Below, one piece after another: positions 46,501-57,362 of a DNA stretch of 61,100 bases. A program made the position numbers and the translations under genes. How positions within the stretch are numbered: position 1 is the first letter of the stretch; every line of letters begins with the position of its first letter. The notes below the pieces were generated by a model. The model was not told the DNA's origin, did no database searches, and saw only the letters and a list, made by a program, of their open reading frames with translations. The stretch covers positions 1 through 61,100 of the forward strand of contig JANXEV010000003.1 of the NCBI GenBank assembly GCA_025057985.1, given 5' to 3'. The DNA comes from Candidatus Aenigmatarchaeota archaeon. Lineage in GTDB: Archaea; Aenigmatarchaeota; Aenigmatarchaeia; CG10238-14; SpSt-28.

Positions 46501-47335
46501 AAATCTTGAACTTCAATTAATAGATGTACATGGAATGGGTACAAAAAGAATTACTGATATACAAGTAAAGTTGAAAAAAATTTTAGAAGAAGTTTTTGAA
46601 GAAAATTTTAAAATATCTTTGTCGAAAGAAAATGATTATCGGTTTTCGGTTGAGGCTAAGTCTAATGACGATAAAAAAACGATAAAACTTGATTTTAATA
46701 GAATTTATACAAAGAAGGGAACGGTTCACGATGGTGTAGAACTATTTATAGATGGTGTAGATTTAGGTGATAATAAATCTAAGGATGGTATTATAAATTT
46801 ACTCGAAGCACTTCAGCCGGCTGATTTTAATTCGATAAGTCACACAAAACTTACTAATGAATTTAGAGATTATTTTTTCAACAAAAATAGAGAAAGAGCA
46901 AGAAAAGGTGAACCATATATATTATCAGCATGGTTTTTAACTCCAAAAAGTAGACTGGATGAAAAAATTTTGATAGAAATTTCTGAATATCTTTTCCCTG
47001 GAGTTACTTTACATTTAACATATCAGTTTAATTCAAATGATGCTATTATATTTATTGCTGAAGAAAAAGGGAAAAAAGGTTATGGAAAAGAAATTTTTGC
47101 GTTTGAAGTTTATAATAACTATTTTGGTCATAAGAGCTACAACATTGGAACAATTGTTAGGGAATCGGAAATTTCAGAGGAAGACCTAAAAAATGCTATA
47201 ATGGAAATAATGTGGGCTATAAATCCGATAATTTCTGTTTCTCATTCTCACGATGATATACTTAAAAAAGTGGAAGAAAAAAGGTTTGCAGAAATTACCG
47301 GATTTTTTAACTACAATTATAAAAACTACACATAA
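46490..47335 (+). CDS. Hypothetical protein; distant paralogue of 44538-45515
   Basis: ORF track (from 46433); ATG 46490 overlaps the upstream stop. Confidence 0.78.
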   Translation: MIVRNLELQLIDVHGMGTKRITDIQVKLKKILEEVFEENFKISLSKENDYRFSVEAKSNDDKKTIKLDFNRIYTKKGTVHDGVELFIDGVDLGDNKSKDGIINLLEALQPADFNSISHTKLTNEFRDYFFNKNRERARKGEPYILSAWFLTPKSRLDEKILIEISEYLFPGVTLHLTYQFNSNDAIIFIAEEKGKKGYGKEIFAFEVYNNYFGHKSYNIGTIVRESEISEEDLKNAIMEIMWAINPIISVSHSHDDILKKVEEKRFAEITGFFNYNYKNYT

Positions 47336-47389
47336 TTTTTCCGTTTTTTGCTCTGAATTAAATTTAAAAATTTCTTGGATTATTATTTT

Positions 47390-48316
47390 ATGAAAGTTCT
47401 GGTCACAGGTGCAGCAGGTTTTATAGGGTCTCATTTAGTGGAAGAATTTAAGAAAAAAGGATTTGATGTTTATGGTTTAGATAATTTTCACACGGGTAAT
47501 ATGAAAAATATAGAAATGTTTGACATAGAAATAATAAAAGGAGATGCTAAAAAAATATCTGAGATCGATAAAAAATTTGATGCCATCTTACACAACGGTA
47601 TCTATTCAAGTTCTCCAATGTACAAGGAAAATCCGCATCTTGTTGGTAGGGTAGTGGAGGATATGATTTGTGTTTTAGAGTACGCAAAGAAGAACAAATC
47701 TAGGGTAGTTCTCGCATCAACTTCTAGTTTATATAACAGTAATGAAATACCTTGGAAAGAGAATATGCCAATAAAAGTGACAGATTTTTATACTGAAGCG
47801 AGGTTAGCGTGTGAGAGACTCTGTGAATTATACTCGAAACTTTTTGGAGTAGAATGTATTTCGTTAAGATATTTTAGTGTTTTTGGTGAGAGAGAAGAGT
47901 TTAAAGGAAGATATGCCAACGTTTTAACTCAAATGATTTGGTCGGCTTTGAGGGGTGAAGAGTTTGTGATATATGGTGATGGTGAACAAAGTAGAGATTT
48001 GATTTATGTGAAAGACGTGATAGAAGCAAATTTAAAGGCGGTGGATTTCAAAGACTTTTCTTCGACAAAATTTGAGATATTTAACGTAGGTTCAGGAAAG
48101 ACTTTTTCATTTAATCAAATGGCCGAGATAGTAAATAGGAAAATTCCATTAAAAGTTAAATACACGGAGAATCCGATAAAAAATTATGTGGGAAAAACGA
48201 TGGCCGATACTGAAAAAGCTGAAAAATTGTTGGGGTTTGGTGCTAAGTTTCAGGTAAGCGATACTCTTGGTAAACTCATAAAATATTATTCTGATTTATT
48301 TGAAGTTAAAATATAA
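47390..48316 (+). CDS. NAD-dependent epimerase/dehydratase (extended SDR)
   Basis: VLVTGAAGFIGSHL, ASTSSLY, LRYFSVFG, GDGEQSRDLIYVKD. ATG at 47390. Confidence 0.95.
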   Translation: MKVLVTGAAGFIGSHLVEEFKKKGFDVYGLDNFHTGNMKNIEMFDIEIIKGDAKKISEIDKKFDAILHNGIYSSSPMYKENPHLVGRVVEDMICVLEYAKKNKSRVVLASTSSLYNSNEIPWKENMPIKVTDFYTEARLACERLCELYSKLFGVECISLRYFSVFGEREEFKGRYANVLTQMIWSALRGEEFVIYGDGEQSRDLIYVKDVIEANLKAVDFKDFSSTKFEIFNVGSGKTFSFNQMAEIVNRKIPLKVKYTENPIKNYVGKTMADTEKAEKLLGFGAKFQVSDTLGKLIKYYSDLFEVKI

Positions 48317-48321
48317 AAAAT

Positions 48322-49080
48322 TTAGAGATATTTTTCAACTTCTACAATCGGTTTTGTTGACACTTTTATCGCTCCGCCAAACGGATTTTCCATATCTCTT
48401 ATCACTAAAAGCATGCCGTAGCATATCGAGGAATAGGCGAGAATACAACAAATCTCCAAGATTATGTTATTCAGATTAGACATCATTAGAATAAGTATAG
48501 ATAATGTTACTAAAAATGCACAAAGATAAAATACGATTGGTGCGAAAGAGGTCTCAACGATAACTCTTATTCTTTCTATGTATTTTTCTAGACCACTTAT
48601 TTCGTTTTTCAGTCTTACAACAAAAGCATTTGGTATTTTTTCTAGCTTTGCCATGTTAATATTCTCGTTCAACTTTTCTATTTCTTCAAAAACTTTACTA
48701 AAGTTGTTTTGTTTTTTCAAACAGTTCATAAGTTTATTATAAATACTTTTTATACCATCCTTGACGTTCTTATGTAAATTTTTATCATACCTTTTTATCA
48801 TCCTCCCTTCTCTGGATATGTTTTTAAAAGAGACAGAAAGTTCTGTGATTATTCTCTCGCTTTCCTTAAAGTCGGAGAAAACAGAAGCGTAAATAATACC
48901 TATTAAAAACATCGTTCCAGAAATTATAGCGACTATAACCGAGTGAAAATCGATAACTTCTAACGACATATAATTTAGGGCAATTTTTATCGAAAGAAGA
49001 GAGATATTTAAGATTAATAGAAATAAAATTTTTCTGAAATTTTCTACCAATTTTTTGTTTCTTCTCAACTTAGATAGCAT
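48322..49080 (-). CDS. DUF4239/bestrophin-like membrane protein
   Basis: 2+2 TM segments around a helical cytoplasmic region; ends DMENPFGG. Confidence 0.65.
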   Translation of the reverse strand: MLSKLRRNKKLVENFRKILFLLILNISLLSIKIALNYMSLEVIDFHSVIVAIISGTMFLIGIIYASVFSDFKESERIITELSVSFKNISREGRMIKRYDKNLHKNVKDGIKSIYNKLMNCLKKQNNFSKVFEEIEKLNENINMAKLEKIPNAFVVRLKNEISGLEKYIERIRVIVETSFAPIVFYLCAFLVTLSILILMMSNLNNIILEICCILAYSSICYGMLLVIRDMENPFGGAIKVSTKPIVEVEKYL

Positions 49081-49088
49081 TACTAATA

Positions 49089-52000
49089 TTAATTACTGTT
49101 GATTATAAATTTTAACGATTCTTGGTTAGGATATTTCACTTCTTTTTCGATAGCATTTCTAATTATTTCGCTAATCTCAGCATAAAATTTTTTTATAATA
49201 CTCTCGGCAGAAACTAAACCTTTCTCCACTTCATCCATTTCGTTCTCCAACCTTCTTGTTGTTTCCTCGTTTAAATATTTCCAGTAATTTTCTTTCAAAA
49301 AGTTATAAACAGTTGACCCCAACGGACTTATAATTATTCTAGACTTTTTTATTTCAATGACATATTTCCTTTTTTTCAACACTTCTAATATTTTAGCATA
49401 TGTCGATGGCCTACCTATACCCTTCTTTTTCATCTCAGACACTATCTCAGAATATGTGTATGGGTAATAAACTTTGACAATCTTCTTTTTTATTTCTTTT
49501 ATAGAATATTTTCCCTTTTCAACTTCAGGAATTTCTACTGTGTTTATTTTTGAAATTTTGTTAAAACCATCTTCTAATATTCTTGTTGTGAACTCAAACT
49601 CTCTCTCTTCATCAGCTACTATAATTTTTATCAAAACTTTTTCAACTTTTACTGGTTTCATCTGACTAGCCATAAATCTTTTGAATATTAAATCATAGGC
49701 TATGTAATCCTTTTCGTTTAGTGGTGAAGGAAACCTCATCAGTCCTAACGAAACCATACGTTTTAATTTTGTAGTATCGATGGCTCTTGTTGGCCTAATA
49801 CATTCATGCGCGCCTTCCATTTCCCACCTCCTTTCTTTAACAAAATTCTCACCGAATGTTGATGTTATATATTCTCTAGCTATAGCGATGCCTACGTTAC
49901 TTACAGTCGTACTGCTCGTTCTATGATACGTGATCAAACCATTTTCAAAAAGTTTTTGAGCTATCGACATGGCTTGGCTAGCGTCGACTTTCAACACAAA
50001 ACTCAAGGAAGATATCAATGTATCAGTAGTAAAAGGTGGGAAAGGATTTATTTCTCCCACAAATTTTTCAACTTTAACTATTTCTACAATTCCGGTCGAA
50101 ACTATTTTCTTGTAAGTTCCTATTTTTCCTCTAAATTTCAAACTCAAACCATTACTTAAAGTTAAACTTATAAGTTCTTCCCTCTCTTTCATTTTCTTCG
50201 ATCTTTCGTCAACCCAACCTAAAACAGGAGTTTGAACTCTACCAGCAGAGAGATTTGTACTTTTGAAAAACTTCCATAAAACCGGTGATATACTGAAACC
50301 AATCCATCTGTCTTCTATTCTTCTAACTATTTGTGAGTTTACTAGATTTAAGTTAAAATCTTCCAAGTTGGATAAAGAGTTTAATATCGCCTTTTTTGTA
50401 ACTTCATGAAACCTAATTCTCTTAACCTTTTCATTTACTGGTTTTATCAACAAACATAAATCATATGCGATTTTTTCACCCTCACTGTCAGGATCAGTCC
50501 CGATTATAACTTCGTCGACAAGGCCGGCCAATATTCTTAGGGCCTCAATTTTAGTTGAAGCGTCCACAAAATAACTTTTGTTACAAGATGGACAAGTTTT
50601 TTCATCCATCTCTATTTCTTTCCCACAAAGAGAGCATTTCTTTATAGCTTTAAACAAAGGTATGAACCCGTTTTCGATTTTTACACCAAACAATCCTTCA
50701 TCAACGACTAAATCTGTTACATGTCCACCGCTAGCAGTAATCATGGCCAAATTATTGTTAAGGAAGATTTCATAAACACTTAGCCCTAAGACAGTTTTTT
50801 TACTAGGCGTACCAAAGTATCTCGCTATCGTTCTAGCTTTGTTCGGACTTTCTACTATGAATAAGATAGTTTTCATAGAAATGCCTTCTTTTGTTTCTAA
50901 TTTTTCATTCATGGCTAAAATAACTCTTTCTCTATCTTTCTCTATCTCTTCTCTCAAAGATTTTAGATCTATTTCTTCAAAACTTTTCCATTCAATCTCT
51001 TCGAAGTATTTCAATTCTTTAACTAAATTTTTGAAGGCTTTTTCATCGTCGATTATTACGACACTTAAACCTTTGGTCAAACCACCAACGTATAATCTAC
51101 TTGTTCTTCCACTTGCTTGTAAGTAAGCAACTTCATCCGTGACAATGAAATAGTACTTGTCATCTTTCAAACCAAAGGAGATTGTTTCTGAGTTTTTGAT
51201 AGCTTGTAAAGTTTTTTCATCCTTTAAAATTTTTTTGAAAAACTCAAGACCTTTTATAGCGGTTTTTCTTACAAATTCTAAAAACCCCTCTAAACTTTTT
51301 CCACTCTTTATCGCATTCCGCACTTCTTCTAGTTGTTGCCGATTTAGAGTTTTTATTTTCTTTAAATTAGAGAAAAGTGAGTCAAACTCTTTTTTATGAG
51401 TTTCGTCGATTGCTGACGAGATGTTGTTCAACAACATTAACCATTTAGTTGGATGAAACTCTTCGGGATCTATTTTGATCAAAAATTTAGGAACCCCCAC
51501 AAAGATCGCGTATTTTATCCTATGTGGTAAATCGATTCCTCTCACTAAAGGGCTTCTCAAAGTCACCATACCTATCAGCACATCTAACTCTCCTCTTTCA
51601 AATTTATTGAAAATTTCTTTTTTTGGTTTCAAAAAAGACTTGGCTTTAAATCCATTTTCTACAAGATGTTTTTCTATTTTTTCTACGAAGTCGGTTCCTT
51701 TGTCAGTTGGAACAAAAATTAGACCACCGTTTCCAAGCTTCGATATCAGCTCTGAAACTTCTTCTTCTAAACTTTTTTTTGGTTTCAAATAACAATCCAC
51801 TATATTTCTTCCAAACTCAACTCTTCCGCCTATAGAAAAATTAAAAATTGAAGTGAGTAGTCTCAAAGCTTTAGTCCTTTTTGCTTTTTGAGTCGCTCCA
51901 CTCACGATTAGTTGTGCCTTAATTTTTTCTCTATATTTTTCTATCTCTTCGAGAGCTCTTTCAATCTGGATTTTATTTTCTTTTACACCTTTCAAAATTT

Positions 52001-52661
52001 CTTTGATTTCTTTTTGAAGATCCATCATCTCCAAGACGTACCAAATACTTTTACTTCTTTTAAGAAAACTATCAACGTCATCCACAAAAACTATGTCGAC
52101 TTTTTGTTTGTTTATTTCTACTCTTTTCATCACGCTTAGGTGTGTAGTAATAATTATGTTCGCTCTGTCCATCAAATTCAGTTGATCTTCTTTTTCTTTT
52201 TCTGAAAGTAAACTATGATAGCAGGAAATTAATGTGTTGTTAAACCCTAGCTTTTCTTTTAAATTTTTCATTTTTTCAGAAACTTGATGGACTAGAACGC
52301 TTGTAGGTAGGAGAATTAAACATCTTTTTCCCATTTTCTCTGCAGAGTACAAACTTAAAAAAATTTGTACGGTCGTTTTACCGCTGCCTGTAGGGGAGAT
52401 TAAACAAAAACTCTCTCCGTCTAAAAATCTTCTTACCCAAAACTTTTGTAAAGCCCACATTTTCACTTTTAAAGCTTTTTCAAACAATTTTTCGATCTCC
52501 TCGACTATCCTATTCCTATTTTTAATCATCGTAAGTTTACCTTCTTTCATCTTCCCTCTTATTTTTGGTAGGCATTTCTCACAAGGTAGAGCTAACTCTA
52601 ACCTAGATGAAGAAATATCCTCTCCACAGTTTGGGCATAAACCCTTGTATTCTAGCATCAT
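49089..52661 (-). CDS. rgy: Reverse gyrase (fused helicase-like and topoisomerase IA domains)
   Basis: N-terminal CPNC..CEKC zinc finger, PTGSGKT, VDDVD, QASGRTSR, TOPRIM IVESPNKA, second zinc finger, SAGRVQTP, catalytic LITYHRT, GIGRPSTY. Confidence 0.98.
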   Translation of the reverse strand: MMLEYKGLCPNCGEDISSSRLELALPCEKCLPKIRGKMKEGKLTMIKNRNRIVEEIEKLFEKALKVKMWALQKFWVRRFLDGESFCLISPTGSGKTTVQIFLSLYSAEKMGKRCLILLPTSVLVHQVSEKMKNLKEKLGFNNTLISCYHSLLSEKEKEDQLNLMDRANIIITTHLSVMKRVEINKQKVDIVFVDDVDSFLKRSKSIWYVLEMMDLQKEIKEILKGVKENKIQIERALEEIEKYREKIKAQLIVSGATQKAKRTKALRLLTSIFNFSIGGRVEFGRNIVDCYLKPKKSLEEEVSELISKLGNGGLIFVPTDKGTDFVEKIEKHLVENGFKAKSFLKPKKEIFNKFERGELDVLIGMVTLRSPLVRGIDLPHRIKYAIFVGVPKFLIKIDPEEFHPTKWLMLLNNISSAIDETHKKEFDSLFSNLKKIKTLNRQQLEEVRNAIKSGKSLEGFLEFVRKTAIKGLEFFKKILKDEKTLQAIKNSETISFGLKDDKYYFIVTDEVAYLQASGRTSRLYVGGLTKGLSVVIIDDEKAFKNLVKELKYFEEIEWKSFEEIDLKSLREEIEKDRERVILAMNEKLETKEGISMKTILFIVESPNKARTIARYFGTPSKKTVLGLSVYEIFLNNNLAMITASGGHVTDLVVDEGLFGVKIENGFIPLFKAIKKCSLCGKEIEMDEKTCPSCNKSYFVDASTKIEALRILAGLVDEVIIGTDPDSEGEKIAYDLCLLIKPVNEKVKRIRFHEVTKKAILNSLSNLEDFNLNLVNSQIVRRIEDRWIGFSISPVLWKFFKSTNLSAGRVQTPVLGWVDERSKKMKEREELISLTLSNGLSLKFRGKIGTYKKIVSTGIVEIVKVEKFVGEINPFPPFTTDTLISSLSFVLKVDASQAMSIAQKLFENGLITYHRTSSTTVSNVGIAIAREYITSTFGENFVKERRWEMEGAHECIRPTRAIDTTKLKRMVSLGLMRFPSPLNEKDYIAYDLIFKRFMASQMKPVKVEKVLIKIIVADEEREFEFTTRILEDGFNKISKINTVEIPEVEKGKYSIKEIKKKIVKVYYPYTYSEIVSEMKKKGIGRPSTYAKILEVLKKRKYVIEIKKSRIIISPLGSTVYNFLKENYWKYLNEETTRRLENEMDEVEKGLVSAESIIKKFYAEISEIIRNAIEKEVKYPNQESLKFIINSN

Positions 52662-52711
52662 GAATAAATTATTTTAAACAATTTTATAACGCTAGGCAAA
52701 AATAATATTCT

Positions 52712-55048
52712 ATGAAAGTTGAAAAATACGTTTTGTTTTTAGATTTTGACGAAGTCAACGAAAGTTTTGAAGGGATAGTAAAAATTTTGCTTGAAACTAG
52801 AAAAAATAAAGTGAAGTTGGATAAAGAAGATTTGGAGATCAAAAGCGTTAAAGTGAATGGGAAAAAAGCTGAGTTTGAGGATAGAAAAAACTGTTTGGTT
52901 GTGAAGTGTGGTGAAAAAATTAGAGAAATAGAGATAGAATATAAGGGTAAAGTTAACAAAGGTCTTTGCGGTTTGTATAAAGCCCAAAATATGTATTCGA
53001 CCCAACTAGAAGCAATAGATGCTAGGAGAGTTTTCCCTTGTTTCGACGATCCAAAGTATAAGGCTAAATTTAAAATTTCGGTCAAAGTAAGAAAACCACT
53101 CGAAGTTATTTCCAATGAGGATGTTGAAGAAATTAGAGATTTGGGTGAGTATAGGGTTTTCGATTTCAAAGAAACTTGTATAATGCCCACGTACCTAGTT
53201 TATATAGGAATAGGAGAATTTGAAAAATTGGTTGAAAAAAACTCTATAACTTTTAGGGCGATCGTTCCAAAAGGAAAAAACATAGAAAAAGCTAAAACAT
53301 CTTTGAGATATACAAAAGAGCTTTTCAATTTTATGCAAGATTATTTTAAGGTAAGATATCCATTAAGTAAACTCGACATAATAGTGGTTCCAGAGTTTGC
53401 TTCTGGAGCGATGGAAAATTTCGGCGCAATAACTTTTAGAGAGTTTTACGTTTTAACGGACGAGTCTTCTTCAGTTAAAATTAAAAGAAGAATTATGGAG
53501 ATAATATCCCACGAGCTTGTTCATCAATGGTTCGGAAATTTGGTTACATTGAAAAGTTGGGACGACTTATGGTTGAACGAAAGTTTCGCAACTTACTTAG
53601 CTTTTTTGATGGTAGATAAAATCTATCCAAAAGAAAAAATTTTTAGAGATTTTTTTATAGATGATTTTTTAGGTTCGATTAGTGCCGACAGTTTGCTAAG
53701 TACACATCCGATAAAGTATAAAGTTAAGAGAAAAGAAGAGGTAGAACAAATATTCGATTCTATAAGTTATGGAAAAGGGGCTAGCGTCTTGAGGATGTTG
53801 GCAAGTTATTTTGGTGAAGAAAAATTTAGGGGAATTTTAACAAAGTATTTAGAGGAGAATAAGTTTTCAAACGTCGATGAGAAAGATTTTATTAAGTTTT
53901 TAGGTAATGAAGGAGGTCTGGTTAAAAGTTGGATTTTTAACAAAGGACATCCTGTCGTCTTTCTAAAGTTTAAAAAAGGTGGTTTTGTTTTGGAACAAAA
54001 GAGATTTTCTTTTTTAAATAAAAATTTCAAACAACTCTGGAAGATTCCCATATTTGTAAAAACGAATTTTGGTGAGAAAAAATTGATTTTGGATAAAAAA
54101 TCGATAAAAGTTGATTTAAATAAAGATGAGTTTTTGTTTTTGAATCAAAATTCTTCCGGCTATTATCATGTTTTTTACGATAAGGCCTTGTTAAAGGAAG
54201 TGTTTAGGAAGAAAGATAGGTTGAACGAATTTGAGAAGACTATTTTGGTCAATGATTATTTTTCGTTTTTGCTTGCTGATATGATTTCGTTAGATGAGTT
54301 TTTAGAAATCGTTAGAGAGTTTATGAAGGATAAAGATTTTTTGGTTGTAAAAGAAATAACAGACGATTTATCGTTTTTAATAAAAATTCTGGATAACAAC
54401 AAAAAAATAAAGAAGGTAGCTTTAGACTTTTTGAAATATCATTTTAAAAGACTTGACTTTGAAAAAGAAGAAGACTTGATTTTATTGAGCAGCATTTGCT
54501 ATCTTTATGTGAGAATAGATGAAGATTTTTGTAAAAAATTCTTTAGGAAGTTTAAGAATTATTTCGAAGTTAAACCCGATTTGAGATTAGCTTACGCTAT
54601 TTCTTTAGTAAAAAACAAAGGTAAAGAGGGTTTTGAAGAAATACTGAAACTGATTGATAAAGTTGGAGACGAAGATAGGATAAAATTGTTTACTTCTCTG
54701 TTTTTTTCTAAAGAGGAGAGTTTAGTGGCTCTAGCATATTCTTTTTTGGAGAAATCGAAAAAACAAGATCTACCCATAATAATCTTGAATTCTCTTGCCG
54801 AAAAAAAGAACATAGAAGTAGCATGGATCTGGCTAAAAGAGAACCTACCAAAAATTATGGAAATTTTTAAAGGGACTCCACAACCAAAGAGAATAATAGA
54901 ATCTATAATTCCAGCTGTTGGTTTGTACAAGGAAGATGAAGTTAGAGAGTATTTTAATAAAAATAGATTCGAATTTGCGAGTATTGGCATTAAAAATGGT
55001 TTTGAGATGTTGGAAGTGTTAAAAAGGTTGAAGAAAAAATATGGTTAA
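52712..55048 (+). CDS. M1 family aminopeptidase (tricorn-interacting-factor-like)
   Basis: GAMEN, HELVH...NE, SYGKG. Confidence 0.96.
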   Translation: MKVEKYVLFLDFDEVNESFEGIVKILLETRKNKVKLDKEDLEIKSVKVNGKKAEFEDRKNCLVVKCGEKIREIEIEYKGKVNKGLCGLYKAQNMYSTQLEAIDARRVFPCFDDPKYKAKFKISVKVRKPLEVISNEDVEEIRDLGEYRVFDFKETCIMPTYLVYIGIGEFEKLVEKNSITFRAIVPKGKNIEKAKTSLRYTKELFNFMQDYFKVRYPLSKLDIIVVPEFASGAMENFGAITFREFYVLTDESSSVKIKRRIMEIISHELVHQWFGNLVTLKSWDDLWLNESFATYLAFLMVDKIYPKEKIFRDFFIDDFLGSISADSLLSTHPIKYKVKRKEEVEQIFDSISYGKGASVLRMLASYFGEEKFRGILTKYLEENKFSNVDEKDFIKFLGNEGGLVKSWIFNKGHPVVFLKFKKGGFVLEQKRFSFLNKNFKQLWKIPIFVKTNFGEKKLILDKKSIKVDLNKDEFLFLNQNSSGYYHVFYDKALLKEVFRKKDRLNEFEKTILVNDYFSFLLADMISLDEFLEIVREFMKDKDFLVVKEITDDLSFLIKILDNNKKIKKVALDFLKYHFKRLDFEKEEDLILLSSICYLYVRIDEDFCKKFFRKFKNYFEVKPDLRLAYAISLVKNKGKEGFEEILKLIDKVGDEDRIKLFTSLFFSKEESLVALAYSFLEKSKKQDLPIIILNSLAEKKNIEVAWIWLKENLPKIMEIFKGTPQPKRIIESIIPAVGLYKEDEVREYFNKNRFEFASIGIKNGFEMLEVLKRLKKKYG

Positions 55049-55308
55049 AGTTCGTTCAAGTTTTCTTTTAACCAGTTTTCTACAGCTTCTTTAATTTTTA
55101 CGATTTGGTATTTGTTGTTAGGAAGATGTCTTTTAATGGTTATAGGTAGTACGTTTTTTTTAAACTCTTCTTTAGCTATTTTGATAGGATCGGTTTCATC
55201 CGTTTTGATTAAAACTGGGGCACCAAGAGAAATTTGAAGAGCCCTAGCACTGATTATTCTTGCTACTTCAAACCTTGTGAGTCTATTTTCTGGCCACATT
55301 TTTATCAC
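55045..55308 (-). CDS. rpoK: RNA polymerase subunit Rpo6
   Basis: [29 protein letters not shown]. Confidence 0.97.
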   Translation of the reverse strand: MIKMWPENRLTRFEVARIISARALQISLGAPVLIKTDETDPIKIAKEEFKKNVLPITIKRHLPNNKYQIVKIKEAVENWLKENLNEL

Positions 55309-55508
55309 GGTTTAAACCTTGCTATTTTTTCAAATATCTCTACATGTGTTAGGAAAATTCTCCTACAACAATATCTCTTTACGTTTAACTCATCCAAAAT
55401 TTTGGCAGGATCTTCACCCTTTTCCACTCTTTTTTTGTATTCTTCCCATAAATGGGCGATCACTTTACCACAAGTAAAACATCTTATTGGGAACAATATT
55501 TTTATCAC
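55305..55508 (-). CDS. rpoN: RNA polymerase subunit Rpo10
   Basis: [20 protein letters not shown]. Confidence 0.98.
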   Translation of the reverse strand: MIKILFPIRCFTCGKVIAHLWEEYKKRVEKGEDPAKILDELNVKRYCCRRIFLTHVEIFEKIARFKP

Positions 55509-55599
55509 CCCTTCTCCGAAATCTATATTTTTGAATTTTTAGTTTTTAAGTTTTAAAAACTTATTCTCAAAGTTTTTTATAGATAAATTCGATTCGAAG

Positions 55600-56760
55600 G
55601 TGGTTTGTTTGAGAGTTTACATGGACTATGCGTCGACGACGCCGATAGACCCGAGGGTTTTGAAGGTTATGATACCATTTTTGAAGAAAAAGTTTGGAAA
55701 CCCGATGAGTTTACATTATTATGGATTTGAAGCGAAAAAAGCTTTAGAAGAAGCAAGAGAAACTGTAGCTAAGTCGATGAACGCGAATTTTAACGAGATA
55801 ATATTTACTTCTAGCGCTACGGAGTCAAATAACTTGGCGATAAAAGGTGCGGCTTTTGCGAATAAGGACAAAGGTAATCACATCATTGTATCTTCGATAG
55901 AACATAAGTGTGTTTTAGAGTCAGCGAAATGGTTAGAGAAATTTGGTTTTAAAGTAGATTATCTTCCGGTTGATAAGGATGGTGTAGTTGACGTTGAAAA
56001 ATTGAAATCAATGATAAGAAAGGAGACGATTCTTGTTTCGGTGATGCATGCGAACAACGAGATAGGTACGATCGAGCCCGTGGAAGAAATAGGAAAAATT
56101 TGTAAAGAAGAGGGAGTTTACTTTCACTCTGACGCGGCTCAATCTTTTGGTAAGATTCAAGTCGATGTGAAAAAATTCAACGTAGATTTGTTAACAGTTA
56201 GTTCTCACAAAATGTATGGACCAAAGGGTGTAGCAGCATTGTATGTAAAGGAAGGTACTAAAATAGAGCCGATTTTACATGGAGGTGGGCACGAATTTGG
56301 TTTGAGAGCTTCTACTGTCAACGTTCCAGCTATAGTCGGTTTTGCAGAAGCAGTTAGAATAGCAGAGAAAGAAATGGAGGAAGAGGGAAGAAGGTTGAGA
56401 AGATTCAGGGACAAGATCATAAAAGAAGTTCTGGATAAAATTGACGATTCACATTTAAACGGCCATCCTTTGAAAAGATTACCGAATAATGTGAATTTTT
56501 GGTTTGGTGGCGTGGACGGAGAAGTTTTGGTTGGAATTTTAGACGAATATGGTGTTTGTGCTTCTAGTGGTTCTGCTTGCCATTTGACCAGTTTAGAGCC
56601 GAGCCATGTTTTGTTAGCAATTGGTTTAAGGTTGGAGGAGGCGATGGGGAGTTTAAGGCTGAGTATGGGAAGATGGACCACTAAAGAAGAGGTAGATTAT
56701 GTTTTGGAGGTCCTACCTAAGGCAGTTGAAAAGGTAAGAAGTTTATCTAAAAGAAGGTGA
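55600..56760 (+). CDS. iscS: Cysteine desulfurase (IscS/NifS group I)
   Basis: YMDYASTT, ANNEIG, HSDAAQ, SSHKMYGPKG (PLP lysine), SSGSAC. Confidence 0.96.
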   Translation: MVCLRVYMDYASTTPIDPRVLKVMIPFLKKKFGNPMSLHYYGFEAKKALEEARETVAKSMNANFNEIIFTSSATESNNLAIKGAAFANKDKGNHIIVSSIEHKCVLESAKWLEKFGFKVDYLPVDKDGVVDVEKLKSMIRKETILVSVMHANNEIGTIEPVEEIGKICKEEGVYFHSDAAQSFGKIQVDVKKFNVDLLTVSSHKMYGPKGVAALYVKEGTKIEPILHGGGHEFGLRASTVNVPAIVGFAEAVRIAEKEMEEEGRRLRRFRDKIIKEVLDKIDDSHLNGHPLKRLPNNVNFWFGGVDGEVLVGILDEYGVCASSGSACHLTSLEPSHVLLAIGLRLEEAMGSLRLSMGRWTTKEEVDYVLEVLPKAVEKVRSLSKRR

Positions 56761-57065
56761 GTTTTGAAATGTTAAGTGAGAGAAAAGTGAGAAATGCATT
56801 AAAAAAAGTGGCGGACCCAGAAATAGGTTTGAGTGTGGTAGATTTGGGTTTGATTTACGATTTGAAGGTTGAAGGAGAGAACGTGAAGGTAAAGATGACT
56901 TTGACTTCAATTTTATGTCCTTATTCTTTTCTTTTGGTTGAGAATGTTAAAAAAGAGCTGGAAAAAATTGGAGCGAAGAATGTTGACGTCGAGATAACTT
57001 TCACTCCACCTTGGACTCCAGAGAGAATTTCAAAAAAAGCTAGGAAAATTTTAAAGATAAGTTAA
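56757..57065 (+). CDS. DUF59/MIP18/SufT Fe-S assembly protein
   Basis: DPEIGLSVVDLGLIY, LTSILCP, PPWTPERIS. Confidence 0.93.
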   Translation: MSFEMLSERKVRNALKKVADPEIGLSVVDLGLIYDLKVEGENVKVKMTLTSILCPYSFLLVENVKKELEKIGAKNVDVEITFTPPWTPERISKKARKILKIS

Positions 57066-57088
57066 AAACTCGCTATAAAGATTTTATT

Positions 57089-57352
57089 ATGAGGAGGAGA
57101 ATTAGAAAAATGTATGAAACGCTAGGTATATCGCTAATTGTTTTTTCTATGCTCCTATTCTTTATAGGTTTGATTTTGTTATTAGTAGGTAAGCAGAAAA
57201 CAAAAATAGAAGGTGGTGGTGTTGTACTTATCGGCCCCATTCCTATCGTTTTTGGGACCAGTTACCAAATTGTGATAATTTTGCTAATTCTTACTTTAAC
57301 CCTACTCCTCATTTTTTTCATCTTAAATCTAAAAATCTTCAGGTTGATTTAG
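57089..57352 (+). CDS. DUF131 (TIGR00304-like) small membrane protein
   Basis: EGGGVVLIGPIPIVFG. Confidence 0.9.
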   Translation: MRRRIRKMYETLGISLIVFSMLLFFIGLILLLVGKQKTKIEGGGVVLIGPIPIVFGTSYQIVIILLILTLTLLLIFFILNLKIFRLI

Positions 57353-57362
57353 CGAAGGACCC

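Noticed and set aside
49089-52661. Intein or split in reverse gyrase
   Set aside because: Length and motif spacing are normal; no intein terminal motifs seen.
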